Positions 12,170 through 24,249 of a stretch of 63,811 bases of DNA are shown here, one piece after another. Position numbers and translations under genes: made by a program. Numbering within the stretch: the first letter of the stretch is position 1; each line of letters starts with the position of its first letter. The notes under the pieces are model-generated. The model ran no database searches. It was not told the DNA's origin and was given only the letters and a program-made list of their open reading frames with translations. Origin of the DNA: Tricharina praecox (Eukaryota); the NCBI RefSeq assembly GCF_024521635.1, contig NW_026250419.1, forward strand, positions 806,001-869,811. Direction: 5' to 3'.

Positions 12170-13933
12170 ATGTCGAGCCCGTTACATACCATGCAGCAAG
12201 CGGCGCTGTCACGGAATTTCACCTCGTTCCCAGAAGCAACACCAATACTACTCCCTTATCCTCCGTCCGACCTCCTCGCGGGGGCAAACGACACAACGCC
12301 ACTACGATGGTTCGTGGTGGAAATCCTCAACGGCGAGGACACGGAGGACAATCTGAAGCGGTGGTCGTCGTTCATAGGCATCATTATCGCCATCGCGGGA
12401 AACGTCCTCATTTCGCTAGCGTTGAATGTGCAGAAGTACGCGCACACACGGCTGGAGCGAGAAGCGGAGGGGAGGCGAGTGCGGAGGCTGAAGTCACGGA
12501 TAGCTGGGCGCCGAGATCCCGAATCGCCGGATGTCGAGGGCGCAGAGGGCGCGGGGGAGAATGCGCCGCTGCTGGGTAGGGGGGAAAGTAATGGGACGCT
12601 ACGAAGTGCGAAGGACGAGGTGGATTTGGACTCGGAAGCCCCAGTCAGCTATGTCTCGTCGCCGTATTGGATCTTGGGTTTGGTTATGATGTTTTTTGGC
12701 GAGTGTGGAAATTTCCTTGCGTATGCGTTCTGCGCGGCGAGTATTGTCTCGCCGCTAGGCGTGGTGGCATTGATCTCGAACTGTATCATCGCGCCGGTGC
12801 TGCTTAAAGAGCCGTTCCGCGCGAGGGATGTCATGGGGGTTATTGTCAGTGTCGCCGGCGCAGTGGTAATCGTCTGGAGTGCCGAGAAGGAGGAGACGAA
12901 GCTCGGGCCTGACGAGATTCTGGATGCGATATCGCAGACCGCCTTCGAGGTCTACTTTGCCGTCACGTGTGTCATGATCGTGGTGCTGATGCGGCTGTCG
13001 TCGAAGTATGGCCATAAGACGGTTATGATCGACCTGGGATTGGTGGCGCTGTTCGGTGGATACACGGTCCTGTCGACGAAAGGCATCTCGTCGCTGATCT
13101 CGTCGTCGTTCTACCACATCTTCCAGTATCCCATCGCCTACCTCTTCACCTTCGTCCTGGCATCCACCGCTGTCCTGCAGGTCAAATACATCAACCGTGC
13201 GCTCCGACGCTTCGACTCCACCGAAGTAATTCCCACGCAATTCGTACTCTTCACGATCTCGGTCATTGTCGGCTCCGCCATTCTCTACCGAGACTTTGAG
13301 ACCGTCAGTAATAGGAAGATGATCCTCTTCGGCATCGGTTGCTGGCTCACATTCACGGGAGTCTATCTCATCTCATCCCGTCGCAAGCGCGGCTCTTCCA
13401 GTTCCTCAAGCTTTATCGACTCCGCAGAAGACGAAGACGGCGACGTTGCAATGCCAATCCCCATCCTCCCCGCCTCTAGCTCCCGTCCCGGCACCTCAAT
13501 CCCCCCTTCCCCATCCCACAGCACCCGCCCGTCCTTTTACCGCACCATCTCTGCAGTCTCCTCCAACGCCGTCTCTACCCCCGGTCTTTCCACCTCACCG
13601 CCGGAAGCTGTAGCTCACGGTCTCCAAACCGCCGCCTCAGACCCGCTCTTCCCCGGCGCCCACCGCCGGCGCCCTTCCGAGAGCGAACAGCTGCAGCGTG
13701 CCTTCGGCCTCATGCCCGGTAGCAACCTCATGACCGGGTACCAACTGCAAACCGTCATCGCCGAACGCACCCTCGCAAGGCAGCGTAGCTACGAGACGAC
13801 GGAGGGCTCGCCAAGAGCACGCAGGAGTAGTCTTTCTGTCATGTTGGATTTTGTCAAGGGGAAGCGGAAAGCTGATGCCGATGTTGCGGAGGTGCAGGCG
13901 GAGGATGATAATGGTGGCGAGGGGAGGGCGTAA
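12170..13933 (+). CDS. NIPA/DUF803 magnesium transporter-like protein, 587 aa
   Basis: Intronless ORF with motifs IAIAGNVLISLALNVQKYAH, GECGNFLAYAF, SIVSPLGVVALISNCIIAP, LFGGYTVLSTKG and VIPTQFVLFTISVIVGSAILYRDF. About 9 TM segments. Confidence 0.92.
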   Translation: MSSPLHTMQQAALSRNFTSFPEATPILLPYPPSDLLAGANDTTPLRWFVVEILNGEDTEDNLKRWSSFIGIIIAIAGNVLISLALNVQKYAHTRLEREAEGRRVRRLKSRIAGRRDPESPDVEGAEGAGENAPLLGRGESNGTLRSAKDEVDLDSEAPVSYVSSPYWILGLVMMFFGECGNFLAYAFCAASIVSPLGVVALISNCIIAPVLLKEPFRARDVMGVIVSVAGAVVIVWSAEKEETKLGPDEILDAISQTAFEVYFAVTCVMIVVLMRLSSKYGHKTVMIDLGLVALFGGYTVLSTKGISSLISSSFYHIFQYPIAYLFTFVLASTAVLQVKYINRALRRFDSTEVIPTQFVLFTISVIVGSAILYRDFETVSNRKMILFGIGCWLTFTGVYLISSRRKRGSSSSSSFIDSAEDEDGDVAMPIPILPASSSRPGTSIPPSPSHSTRPSFYRTISAVSSNAVSTPGLSTSPPEAVAHGLQTAASDPLFPGAHRRRPSESEQLQRAFGLMPGSNLMTGYQLQTVIAERTLARQRSYETTEGSPRARRSSLSVMLDFVKGKRKADADVAEVQAEDDNGGEGRA

Positions 13934-14876
13934 CTTCACTCTAGACTTGTGATACTTTTTTTGATTATTTCCTTCCGTAACATATACCGTTCCTTCTTGC
14001 ATGTATTTGATTTGTAGTCCCGGTTTCGTTTATTGGCTGGATTTTTGTGCTGTTTGGACTGCTTTATACCATCCGTCCGTTCATTTCGTCTTATACTTTG
14101 TTTTATTTGGTGGTATTCACTGCCGCGGAGTTTTCTTTGTAAGATAGGAGGAAGGAGAGAGGGGGGATTGAACTTATTACTGGCGGATTGGATGAGAAGC
14201 GCTTATGTAAGTAATTATGTAAAATCTTTGAAACTCGAACCTGTGCTGGTGCAGCTACCCGCGAGTGACGTCTCATGCCAAACGACGAGCCGTCTGTAAA
14301 ATGACGTCTGTCACAGTTCGGACGGAATGGGAATCATGAGCACGATCGCCGCCTCGGTAGAGCAACCATCAATGAGCATCGGTCTCACCTTCTGATGGCA
14401 GCGAATGACATCCGATGACACCGGCACCCCGCACTCGCAGTTACCCTGCATCCCCCTCTCGAGGCTCGTCGTGCGCCCAAACAAAAAAAAACATCCCGCC
14501 AAATTCCGTTTCCGAGAGCCGCTTATCCGCCGCAAGCCTACGCCCACGCCCTCGTCCACGCCCACGCCACAAACTCGCAGGGGCTCATAAGCTGAGACGA
14601 CCTCTCCCCACTTCGACACTTGCACCAATTGAGCGGACAGCCGCCATCATACCTCCCACCTCCGCATCGCATCTTCATCCACTCCGCTCACTGCGAATTA
14701 CCGTACACTCGTTTCATTCAACCTTCAACCTACATCCTCCGCTCGACCGCACGCATCACCACTACCACCACCACCAGTTCCCTCAACCCATCTGATCGAA
14801 AACCCCATCACCACTACACCCCATCACCACCACCACCCCACTAAACCACACCCCGCCACTCCCCGCAAACGAAACA

Positions 14877-15149
14877 ATGCCCCCCGCGCTGCACCCAAAG
14901 TCGTTCAGCACAGCCTCGCTGTTCACCTCGACCGCGATCCTGGCGTTCCTAGTAGTGGGAGCGCCGCACTTGCTGCCGTGTCCGGCGCCCAGACGACAGA
15001 TTGCCGATGACGGATCGGCGCGGCCCGTACGCAGGGTGAAGGATAGAGGGAATTGTCCCATACCCCGGCCTGGGGCGGAGAATGGCGAGGAGAAGGGGAT
15101 GGGGGTGGCGGAGGGGTTGGCGGGGAAGGTGGTGGTTGTTGAGCGGTAA
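14877..15149 (+). CDS. coa2: Cytochrome c oxidase assembly factor Coa2-like small protein, 90 aa
   Basis: ACAATG start. SLFTSTAILAFLVVGAPHLLPCPAP resembles the Coa2 family motif (hydrophobic stretch followed by LPCPA). Confidence 0.7.
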   Translation: MPPALHPKSFSTASLFTSTAILAFLVVGAPHLLPCPAPRRQIADDGSARPVRRVKDRGNCPIPRPGAENGEEKGMGVAEGLAGKVVVVER

Positions 15150-15413
15150 CGGGGTGGGGACGGGGGACGGGGAAAAGGGAACGGGAACTGCGGAGGGAAT
15201 TGTAGGGTCTTGCTTAAGTGGACCGAGCGCTGGGCTGGGCTGCGTGTTACGGTGGTGTGTGGCGTGTACATACTAGAGCTGAGCATTGGGCTGGTGGTGT
15301 GGCTTACGCCGAAACATATTGATTGTCTGGCTGGAGAGTACTGTATTCCGCCCAGCATTGATCATCGGGTTGCCATAGTACACTCATTTACGTATTGCTC
15401 GCCCTCGCACTCC

Positions 15414-16237
15414 TCACGGATAAGTTTCACACTCCCTCCAACCCCCCTCCACGCCCTCCCCCTTCACATCCTCGCCCACCCACCACCAGACCCACCTCCT
15501 CGCCCGCCCCTCATCCGCCGCCAGATCCACCCGCTCGACCACGTTCGGCACCACGACACCGACCCTCATATTCCCCCTGGCAATCTTCGAGATCCCTTCA
15601 TCAGCCAGCACGTCCTTATCCTCAACCTTCCCCCCTTGACCAGTCCCCCCACATCACTCCCCAGCGGCGCGCCAGGCGGAGGATTCGCAAAGCTGCCCCT
15701 CATGGCAGGCGCCAGATTTCCAAAATGCGCCTGCACCTCCTTCCTCCAACTAAACTCTCCCTCCCCCCCCCCCTGCTCCCTCTTGCGCAGCCTATCCGTA
15801 ACCTCCCCCGGCGGCACCGCCTCCTCCTCCGACAGAAGAAAACACCTCCCTCGAATCCGCCACTGATTCTGCGTTTCCGCAACCCAGAAACACGCCTCGA
15901 CCTCTTGCCCGCCCGTCGTGTCCCCGCCAAGGACTTTACTCGTCCGCGCGTCCGTCGTGAACGTTGGCAGGTCGCTGTCCCATACCCGCGCGTTGTGGTG
16001 CAGTAAAGGGTTGTGTGTGTTCTCTGGGAGGCGGCAAAGGTTGCCGCGGTGGATCAGTGTGCGGCAGCGCGGAGACGGTGGCGGAGGCTGGTGAAGGGGT
16101 GGTGGGATGGGGGAGGGGTACAAGGAGGAGGTTGGTGAGGGCGCGGTAGATTGCGTGGCGAGTGTGAAGGTGCATGGCTTGAGGTGCGCGATGTGGGATT
16201 GCAGGAGGGGCGCCCAGGGCGCTTGCGGCGGGGGCAT
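15414..16237 (-). CDS. Pyridoxamine 5'-phosphate oxidase-like FMN-binding protein (Pyridox_oxase_2 type), about 274 aa, with an apparent 1-nt frameshift
   Basis: Motifs APW, FTLAT, PRCRTLIHRG, PTFTTDARTSK, VEACFW...QWRIRGRCF and LAPAMRGSFANPPPG. The family C-terminus (ARGNMRVGVVVPNVVERVDL...RRW...ETYP) lies in another frame. Adding one base to the C6 run at 15630-15635 joins the two frames. Confidence 0.85.
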
Positions 16238-17393
16238 CTTGTCTTGGTTGTTTTCGCGGGTTGAGGGTGGGATCGAAGGTATTGGTGGGAGTGGGAGTGT
16301 ATGGAGAAGATGGAAGAGCGACAGGACGGGGCGGGGTTAATGCGTGCGACGGACGGGATGACGACAGCCCAGTATGGCGGGGTGTAACTATGTAGATCGG
16401 AACCTAAAAAGAGGTATCACAATTGTGCTCCTGCTGGCATCGGCGTCAATCGATCCGTGTTGGCCCATGGCCATTGGCCGTATGATATAATCATACAATC
16501 ATGATGCGTCCATTTCCACTGAGCTCCAGCGTCTCATTCCCGAGTAGGTACCTAGTCCGTCCCGTACCTATCTCTAGCATAAAGCTACGGGAATACATCC
16601 GTACGTACAGCTCGTCTGCCATCGGGAACTCGAATTCATCACACAACCGCAACGTTACAAAATCCCAAAAGTCTCTCCTAAGTATGTATATTGTGTATGA
16701 CTTGTCGTCCTAATATTACACCATCCACCGCCGTCCCATCCGGCCCGCCCGCCAAATTCCAATTGCTTCTACATCCAGTAGGACATAAAAAAGAGTAGAG
16801 AGTATCGTCTATCGCCGCTGACCGCCTGAGCCATCCCCCCATCCGCCATCAACCACCTCAAAGATATAAAAAAGCAAAACCACCAACGCCTGCCCAAACC
16901 CATAAGTATGAAATGAAACAAAAAGAGATGCGGAAGAGGAAAGCAAACACCCACTCAATTAGATATCAGCACAATTTTGCAATACTTTCCCCAGAAGCCC
17001 GCTTTAGTGCGAAAATGAAAAGAGGTATGAATGAAACAAAAATGAAGAAAAAAACAGATTCAATCAAAACTCGATAGAACCCGCCCCAATAAGGAAGAAA
17101 AGAAAAATGCAAATAAAAATCAATGAATTGTCCATATGACGAAAACGAAAAAGAAACAGAAACGCAAGAAACCCCCACCCATCCACCCTTTCCCCATCCA
17201 GTTTCCGTATCCCCTCTATCCAGCAAAAGGAAAAACCAAAGAGAAAAAAAAAGAAAACACCAGAAACACGAAAGCAGACCCTAGACAAATGAAAAATGAA
17301 AGGAAAAAAAACACCGTTAAATGATCAGACCCGGAACCAAGGGAAAATAAAAGTTTCCAACGCTGCACGCAGACGTGGAAGGTGATGACTCGC

Positions 17394-20300
17394 TCAAGCA
17401 TCGGGCTGATCGCTCATACGAACAAGATCGAGGACTCTGGCGATAACGGCACTGGGGTAACCGCGTCCCATCATCTCATCGACAATCTTCTTAGCGTTCT
17501 CCCTGTCTTGGACGGCGAGGTAGGCGCGGGTCATGGCTTCGTAGGTGCTGGGCTCGCGACGGGCCGTACCCGCACGAGATCCGAGCATATCGTAGATTTC
17601 GCGCGCCTTCTCGATGTCCTTCTGCATGGCCCATCCGTGGATGAGCGTGTTGGCGATGTACGGAGTCATCTGGATGCGCTTGTGTTCCATGTCTTTGACC
17701 CAGCGGGGAGTCTCGGAGACGAGGTGGTTGGCAACGTAGCACTCAAGAAGAGCCTGGTAAAGGGTGCTGTCGGGAACGATCTTGCCTCCGTTGATGACCT
17801 TCTCAAAGTGCTCGACCGCGGCGGGGATATCGTGCAGGACGCATCCCTTGGCGTGAATGAGGGCGGCGTGGTGTCCAGACTCGATGGGAAGACCACTGGC
17901 GGCGATCGTATCGAGAATACCTTCCGCAGCAGCCATATCCGGCTCATCGAGAGTAGCATTCGCCTCAATCATGAGCTTATAAGTGTGTCCGGTAGGAGCG
18001 ATACCACGCGCGAGCATGCGGTTGTAGTAGTTGAGGACCTTGGTGCGATCACGCTTGGTCGTGATGAAGAACTGGATCAGTGAGTTGTAGGGGGCTGGTC
18101 GAGGTTTGTAGTTGGGCATCGACTCCATCTCCTGGAAAAGCTCCTCCGCGAAAGTCTCGTCGCCCACACGGGTGAGCGCGTTGATCATCGTTCCATAGGT
18201 CACCGAGGTAGGCTTGATTCTAGCAAGGCGCATGGAGGTGAAGAAGGCAAGACAATCATCCACCCTTCTCGCCTTCGCGAGCTTTCCTATAACTGCGTTG
18301 TAGAGGAAGGAAGTGGGCAGGACATTCTCGTTGACAGCTTCCTGGAAGATGGTGACAGCCTCAGAGGCCTCATCGTAGGTCTGATGAGTGGCCTTGAGGG
18401 AGACGATGTAAAGTCCATAGGTATTGGCGGAAGGCGAAAGGTTGTAGCTCGACATCTCCTTGTGGAAGGTGCGGGCCTTGTCGCGATGTCCAAGGTTCAG
18501 CTGAGCGGCAATCATAGCGTCCAACAGAGAACCCCAACCGAATCTGGCGACGGGATACTCGAGTGATCCGGGAGGACAATCGATCTTAGCGTTCCTCATG
18601 ATCTCATCCATAAAGTCCTCGTGCATGCCAGTGCGAGCAGCGGCGGTGATGATCTTGGCCAGGGTGGTCAGCCGAAGAGTGCGGCCTTGTCGTCGGGAGC
18701 TGCGGTACATGCGCCTCAGATCGGCAATCTTGTTGTACTTGGAGCGATCGAGGATGACGTCGATAGAGTCAGAGGTCTTGACATCGATTTTCGCGAAGTA
18801 CGGATCGTAGTGCTTGTCGATGGGGTTTTCGTGTTCGTTCACCGCCACAAGGGTGGGAGAGACGGAAACCATGGAAACGGGCGTAGCGGTCCTGAAAAAC
18901 TCCTGCTGCACGTATTGCTTCCAGGTTTCCTCCATGTCGGGGAAAACGGAAGCGAGCATAGCAGCACCACGTCCAAGGAGCTCCGCGATCGGTCCGGAGA
19001 TCGGGAACTGATGACCCAGAGCGAGACCGAACATAGTGTGGAAGGTTGCACTATCATTGGGCCAAAGTGGCATTCCGGACTCCAGGCTGGTCTTCATCAA
19101 GTTGTACTGGATTTGAAGAACGAGTGCGAGCTGAGACGCAGTCAAACCCATCAGTCTGGTGCGGTCGAAAAGTCCGACAACACGCCTTGAAGCTTCGAGT
19201 CCGAGTCCGTTGCAGTGCACCAGGCTGAAACCGGCGATGTCGAGAGCAATGCTAGGACTGAGGAGACTCCTCGCTGAAAGGCTCACGATCACGTGCTCGA
19301 AACCCTCGCGGAGAGCGGTGCGCTTGGCCTCGATATCGAAGATGGGATCCGGAACTTGGTTCATGGTGGGATACTCGAGGAAGAAGTTACTAAACTGGTT
19401 GAGCACGACGAGCGCCTCGTTAGGGTATGATTGGCGGAAGAGGAGGCCGACGTATGCGAGTGTCGCCGAGATGTCGGGACCGGTCGACGTGTTGCGATCC
19501 CAGAGGTCACGCCAGAGATCGCGGGCGAGATCGACGTTCTCGCCGCGGATGCAGAGCGCGAGACCGGACATCTGGCATTCGGCGGTGGTTTGCTGTTTCT
19601 GGATGTTGTTGAGCTCCATGTTGTCGAAGTTGATGGTGTTGTATATTTGTCGGGAGAAGTCGAGTTCGTCTTGATCTGCGATCCGGGTCATCAAGCGGGC
19701 AAGCCACTCGCTAGGTGTAAATTGAATTGCCAGCTGAGAAGTCCACTTCTTGGCGGCGGCGATGTCACCTTGCGCGACAAACCCTTCAACGACGGCGCGC
19801 TTGAGCCATTCAATGCGTTCTCTTTCGCGGCTGATGTCGACAACCTTTGAAAGGAAAGTTAGGGCGCCAGCCGCATCACCTGCGTCCATGTAGGCCTTGA
19901 TAAGATCGGTGTAGACTTGATATCTTTGATCCATCATAGCGGGGTCCTGCGCGATACCCATCTGCAACCAGCAGTTATATGTCTCGACCGCGGCGCGGAC
20001 ATCCCCGGTCCTGCCGAATCCCCGGATGAGCGATCTGATGATTTCCGGCGTAGGTGCGACTCCGTGCGTCTCCATGTGAGCATACACCTTCAGCATGTCG
20101 TCGTCGCGCTTGTACTTGGAGCAAGCGTGGATCAGTGTCTGGTAGACGAAGGTCGGGAAAACGCGCTCGATGCGGACTTCGGTACTGTCGTAGAATAGGC
20201 TGAGAGCCAGGTCCATTGCGCCTTCATTCTTCATATCTTCGACCTGCTGTGTCTTGGATTCGAGTGTAACGCCGAACCGTTGGGCGTCGCGTTCGGCATC

Positions 20301-21158
20301 GGTGGCGATCTTGAGGGATCCCAATGCGCGCGCCGAGAGGAAGTCGATCAAGATGGTGTAAGTGCTCGTCGTCGGGATCAGCTTCTGCCGAAGCATCGCC
20401 GAGTAAACATCGATTACTTGCGCGACATATCGAGGCCGTAGGCTGACCATGGAGTCGAGAAGCAGATTATACGAGGCCGTATTCGGCGTGTATCCCTGCT
20501 CAGTCATATGCCGGAAGACCATAGTTACCTCCTCCCATCGTCTCTGATCGCGCAACGACTGCAACTGCGCGTTGAGTTCCCTCGTTTCCGGGGTCTCAGG
20601 CTCCTGCAGAAGGACATCTTCAAGGGAAGCCTGTGGCTCCTCCGTCGTCGTCACCTCCTCCGCCGCAGCTTCAACTTCATCCACAACCGCCGCCTCCGCC
20701 TCCTTCGAAGCACCGGCCTCGAGTTCGACAATGGCCTCCTCCTCCGCAACCGAGCCGAGAGAATCCGATCGTGTTCGGACCGACAGGGGCTCGGCTATGG
20801 GTTCGGGCATCGCGCCGAGCAGCTGTTTCTGCTGTTGCTGATGCTGGGCTTTGGACCAGAGTATCTTCTTCGAGAAGAGATATTTTCGGTCCTCCTTGTC
20901 ATCCGCCGCCGACTGTGCCGCGAAGTAAGCATTCACGCTCTCACTTCCGGAGCCGTCCTTGGGCGCGGCGCGGCCCGAATGGGCACCACCGAAGGCATTC
21001 TGGATCTTGGCCGGAGCATTGTTCTGGCCGAACTTGATGGGGATCGTCGACGAGGCATACGACGATTGGGTGGCGGCTACGACCGACTGTGCGTATCCAT
21101 TGACGAGGTGCCTCGAGATGCTCTGACGAGCGAGAGTGGTGAACGGTTTGAACACCAT
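17394..21158 (-). CDS. Mitochondrial pentatricopeptide repeat (PPR) protein, 1254 aa (probably Ppr5/Rpm2-like lineage; orthology uncertain)
   Basis: Intronless CDS with a basic presequence-like N-terminus (MVFKPFTTLARQSISRH). Many 35-aa PPR motifs, for example PNTASYNLLLDSM, PTSFLYNAVIGKLAKARRVDDC, PTSVTYGTMINALTRVGD and PDSTLYQALLECY. A CTGAC..CTACAG acceptor at about 21174-21195 suggests a 5'UTR intron. Confidence 0.92.
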   Translation of the reverse strand: MVFKPFTTLARQSISRHLVNGYAQSVVAATQSSYASSTIPIKFGQNNAPAKIQNAFGGAHSGRAAPKDGSGSESVNAYFAAQSAADDKEDRKYLFSKKILWSKAQHQQQQKQLLGAMPEPIAEPLSVRTRSDSLGSVAEEEAIVELEAGASKEAEAAVVDEVEAAAEEVTTTEEPQASLEDVLLQEPETPETRELNAQLQSLRDQRRWEEVTMVFRHMTEQGYTPNTASYNLLLDSMVSLRPRYVAQVIDVYSAMLRQKLIPTTSTYTILIDFLSARALGSLKIATDAERDAQRFGVTLESKTQQVEDMKNEGAMDLALSLFYDSTEVRIERVFPTFVYQTLIHACSKYKRDDDMLKVYAHMETHGVAPTPEIIRSLIRGFGRTGDVRAAVETYNCWLQMGIAQDPAMMDQRYQVYTDLIKAYMDAGDAAGALTFLSKVVDISRERERIEWLKRAVVEGFVAQGDIAAAKKWTSQLAIQFTPSEWLARLMTRIADQDELDFSRQIYNTINFDNMELNNIQKQQTTAECQMSGLALCIRGENVDLARDLWRDLWDRNTSTGPDISATLAYVGLLFRQSYPNEALVVLNQFSNFFLEYPTMNQVPDPIFDIEAKRTALREGFEHVIVSLSARSLLSPSIALDIAGFSLVHCNGLGLEASRRVVGLFDRTRLMGLTASQLALVLQIQYNLMKTSLESGMPLWPNDSATFHTMFGLALGHQFPISGPIAELLGRGAAMLASVFPDMEETWKQYVQQEFFRTATPVSMVSVSPTLVAVNEHENPIDKHYDPYFAKIDVKTSDSIDVILDRSKYNKIADLRRMYRSSRRQGRTLRLTTLAKIITAAARTGMHEDFMDEIMRNAKIDCPPGSLEYPVARFGWGSLLDAMIAAQLNLGHRDKARTFHKEMSSYNLSPSANTYGLYIVSLKATHQTYDEASEAVTIFQEAVNENVLPTSFLYNAVIGKLAKARRVDDCLAFFTSMRLARIKPTSVTYGTMINALTRVGDETFAEELFQEMESMPNYKPRPAPYNSLIQFFITTKRDRTKVLNYYNRMLARGIAPTGHTYKLMIEANATLDEPDMAAAEGILDTIAASGLPIESGHHAALIHAKGCVLHDIPAAVEHFEKVINGGKIVPDSTLYQALLECYVANHLVSETPRWVKDMEHKRIQMTPYIANTLIHGWAMQKDIEKAREIYDMLGSRAGTARREPSTYEAMTRAYLAVQDRENAKKIVDEMMGRGYPSAVIARVLDLVRMSDQPDA

Positions 21159-24100
21159 TCAGACAGCGAAATTCTGTAGAGCGAGTCAGGTCAGCACACT
21201 CCTCCGCCGCCGCCGCTGCCGCCTCCTCCGCCGGGACCGGAGATCACGAACCTGTTTAGATGGTGATACTGGCTTTTGTACTCATTGGACGGACGACTGC
21301 GAAGGTCGTCGGTACGCGTGTGGGATGGTGTGGGGGAGGATATTCTCGGCGGGGGAGGAGATTGAATCGATGATGACACCGAACGGAGTGGTAGTGCTTC
21401 TTCTCGGAAGGCTTATCGAATGAGTGCGTGCGTGTGGGACCTCGAGAGGGAAGAATCGAAAGAAAGCGATTCTATAGAGTCGAGTACGGTGATGACGAAG
21501 GAGGAAAGAGGAGAAAAGGAATATGGAGGAGTGAATGGACGGAGTAAGTAGGCGGGCGGGCGGGCAGGAAGGCAGTCAGAACGAAAGGCCGAGCTGGGGG
21601 AGGCAGGGTGTGTGTGACACAAACACTCAAAGTTCGAAGAGAAATTTTCGGATGCGCGACCGCTGGGCAGTCGGCAGTGCTAAGGAATGGACTACACTTT
21701 CCCACATCGAGCATGGGATGGCTGCGCCGTGATGGATGGCGTACAGTGCTAGTATACACTAGGGCACGGTCTCTGATGGAGTCTGCATAGACGCTACTTC
21801 TTTGGAGCTGGAGAATCGAGATGGGTGTCGAATGGAAGGGCTGGTATGGAGATATGTATCTGCTCTACATTCGCAGTATCTATACCAATTACACTGTAGT
21901 CATGTATATACGTATTTGCGTGGTGTAGATTGAAGTAAAGATACATATAATACACGCGCTGTGTACGCAATATTTGCGGGGGATCCTCCTGGAGAAAGGG
22001 ACCGAACCAGAACTCTCTGGAGTCCCAAGTCCTGCGATCTGCTTTCCATATCTACTATATACCGTATATACGGCGTATGTATACCCACTTTGCTGGTATG
22101 TACCGAGATGGCCGTTACGTAGCAGCCGAGCGTCGCGGGTGTCTCCATGTAGAATAGCGAGACGTTGGATGTCCCGGGCTGGCTAGGTTCACACATCGGT
22201 ATGCTCTGGCGGCCGAAGCTTCCTGCGGATTCTGCCCCACGCCCCTCGATCGGACCCAGGATGCACCCAGCTCTTCTCATCGACCGTCACGGTCCATCTC
22301 TTCTTCGTCTTCGTCTTCTCCTTCTTCTTCAACGAGAAACAAAACTCCCCGTGGTCACACCCGCAAAGGAGCCAATCGTAGCGAAAAGGCGGGGAAAGCC
22401 AGTCATCCGTACATACATATCATACATATCTACACCCATACACACGCACGACCATCCTCCGAACAAAATATCGGCATGAATCATGGACGTTTGCTTGGTG
22501 TGCTCATCATATTTTTTTTCTTTCTTTTCTTTTTCTCCTCCTTCTTCACCCTACTCGTCCCGAATCTTTTTCTTCGAGAACACCTAGCGCGCTGCGAGGT
22601 GGGATTTGATTGCTCCGAGCACTTACGTCAACTTTCAAGGTTACTCCCTGGCCGCCCCCTCAGTTGGGTGGTGCCCACCCCCTCAGGAGGAGGGAGGGAG
22701 GGAGGGAGGGAGGGAGGGAGTCAGGATGCGATGCGAGCCGGCCATCTAGGTAGCATCATCGATCGGTGTTTTTTCTCTTCGGGGGAGTGGCCGCGGCATC
22801 CGTGTTGCCGGGGCCGGAGCCGGGAGGGAGGAGGGGGAGCCTATCATATCAGATCATCTCTTCTCTTCGCGCCCTTCTGCGTTCCGGATTAATTTCTGCG
22901 GCCACGGTAGGCTTTCGACTCTCGACTCTCGAGCTGACGAGAAGGGATCTCGACTGCTCGATTTCGAGCACACGCGCGCGCAATTACGATATCTATGCAT
23001 CATGGATGCGATAAGCTGAGTGAAGATCGTTGACTATAAACAAGCAGTAGGTATCACGAGGACACTCCTGCCGTCCTCTCCGTCAGAAACAACCGCCCCG
23101 AAATTCGCCGGAAGATGTATACTTACATATGTGGTTCTTCGAGGGGGGTGGGGGGCTAGCCTAGGTACCTTCACAGCCTCACCCCGAATTATGGTAACTG
23201 TCCTTAACGAGCTGTGAACAACTCTCTTTCGCCGCCACGTCCCAGCCGGTCCAAGTTACATAACCCCCCTCCCTCTCCTCCCCCCGCCTCCCCCCGCTCC
23301 TCCGCCTCCCCCTCGGCCCCGTTCCCCCGGCCGGACCTTCTGTCCGACCGAAACCGGCACCCCCCGCAATCCGGCGCATCCTGACCACTGCCCTCACCCA
23401 CCACCCATCCATCCACCCACCCATCCACCATCCATCCATCCCTCGTCTCCCGCTAACCTCGCGTGTACTCTAGACTCCATGTAACTTACATATCGATCCT
23501 CGATCGGGACACATGGCGTGAGTCACGACGAGCTGTGCGCGCGCGGCGGCGGCGCGGCGACGTTTGGCATGTGAATCGCTTCCTGGCCTTCCTGTCCTTC
23601 CTTCCTCAGCAGAGTGGTGGGCAGCGGGGCGGTGTAGTTAACGGGCGTCGTCGGGAGCCGGTCGGAACACCGAGCCACGTGACACAACTAGCAGTTCGCG
23701 CTCGGGCTTCCGTGTCTCATTTTAGGTCGCGTCGCGTCGCATTGGTGTCGGTGATGTCGTTCGCGTGCGGATCTGCCGCGACTGTCCGCTGCAAATGTGC
23801 ATCGCCGTATGCAGGGACTCCGGCCGCCGAGTGCTCTGCTGGTGCACGGCCCTGATCCTACGTACACGCCGGAAGGCGCAAGCCGCAGTTCGACACGCGG
23901 TGGCCAGAGGAAGCGTATTGCACACTGGCACCAGCTAGCAATCATCGCATGCTGAGGTTTTGGATGCTCCGTCGATACCGGTATATATATGTTTGGTGAC
24001 ATGCTCGCTCGGCCGCCGAGTCAAGCTTCTAGGTAACTACCATGTACTGCAGCAGTTTCCGGACACACACAGAAATCGGACCACATAGATGGTCACTCCA

Positions 24101-24249
24101 CAGCAGCTCCGAGTCCGAGTAGGCACACAGATACATAATCAATCGCGGGATTGGAGAAGCTTCAACTCTACAGGGTATCTCTAAACGACTCAAATTCCAA
24201 AAATCCTCTCTACACATATATACTTGGATGCCCATCCCCATCACATCAA

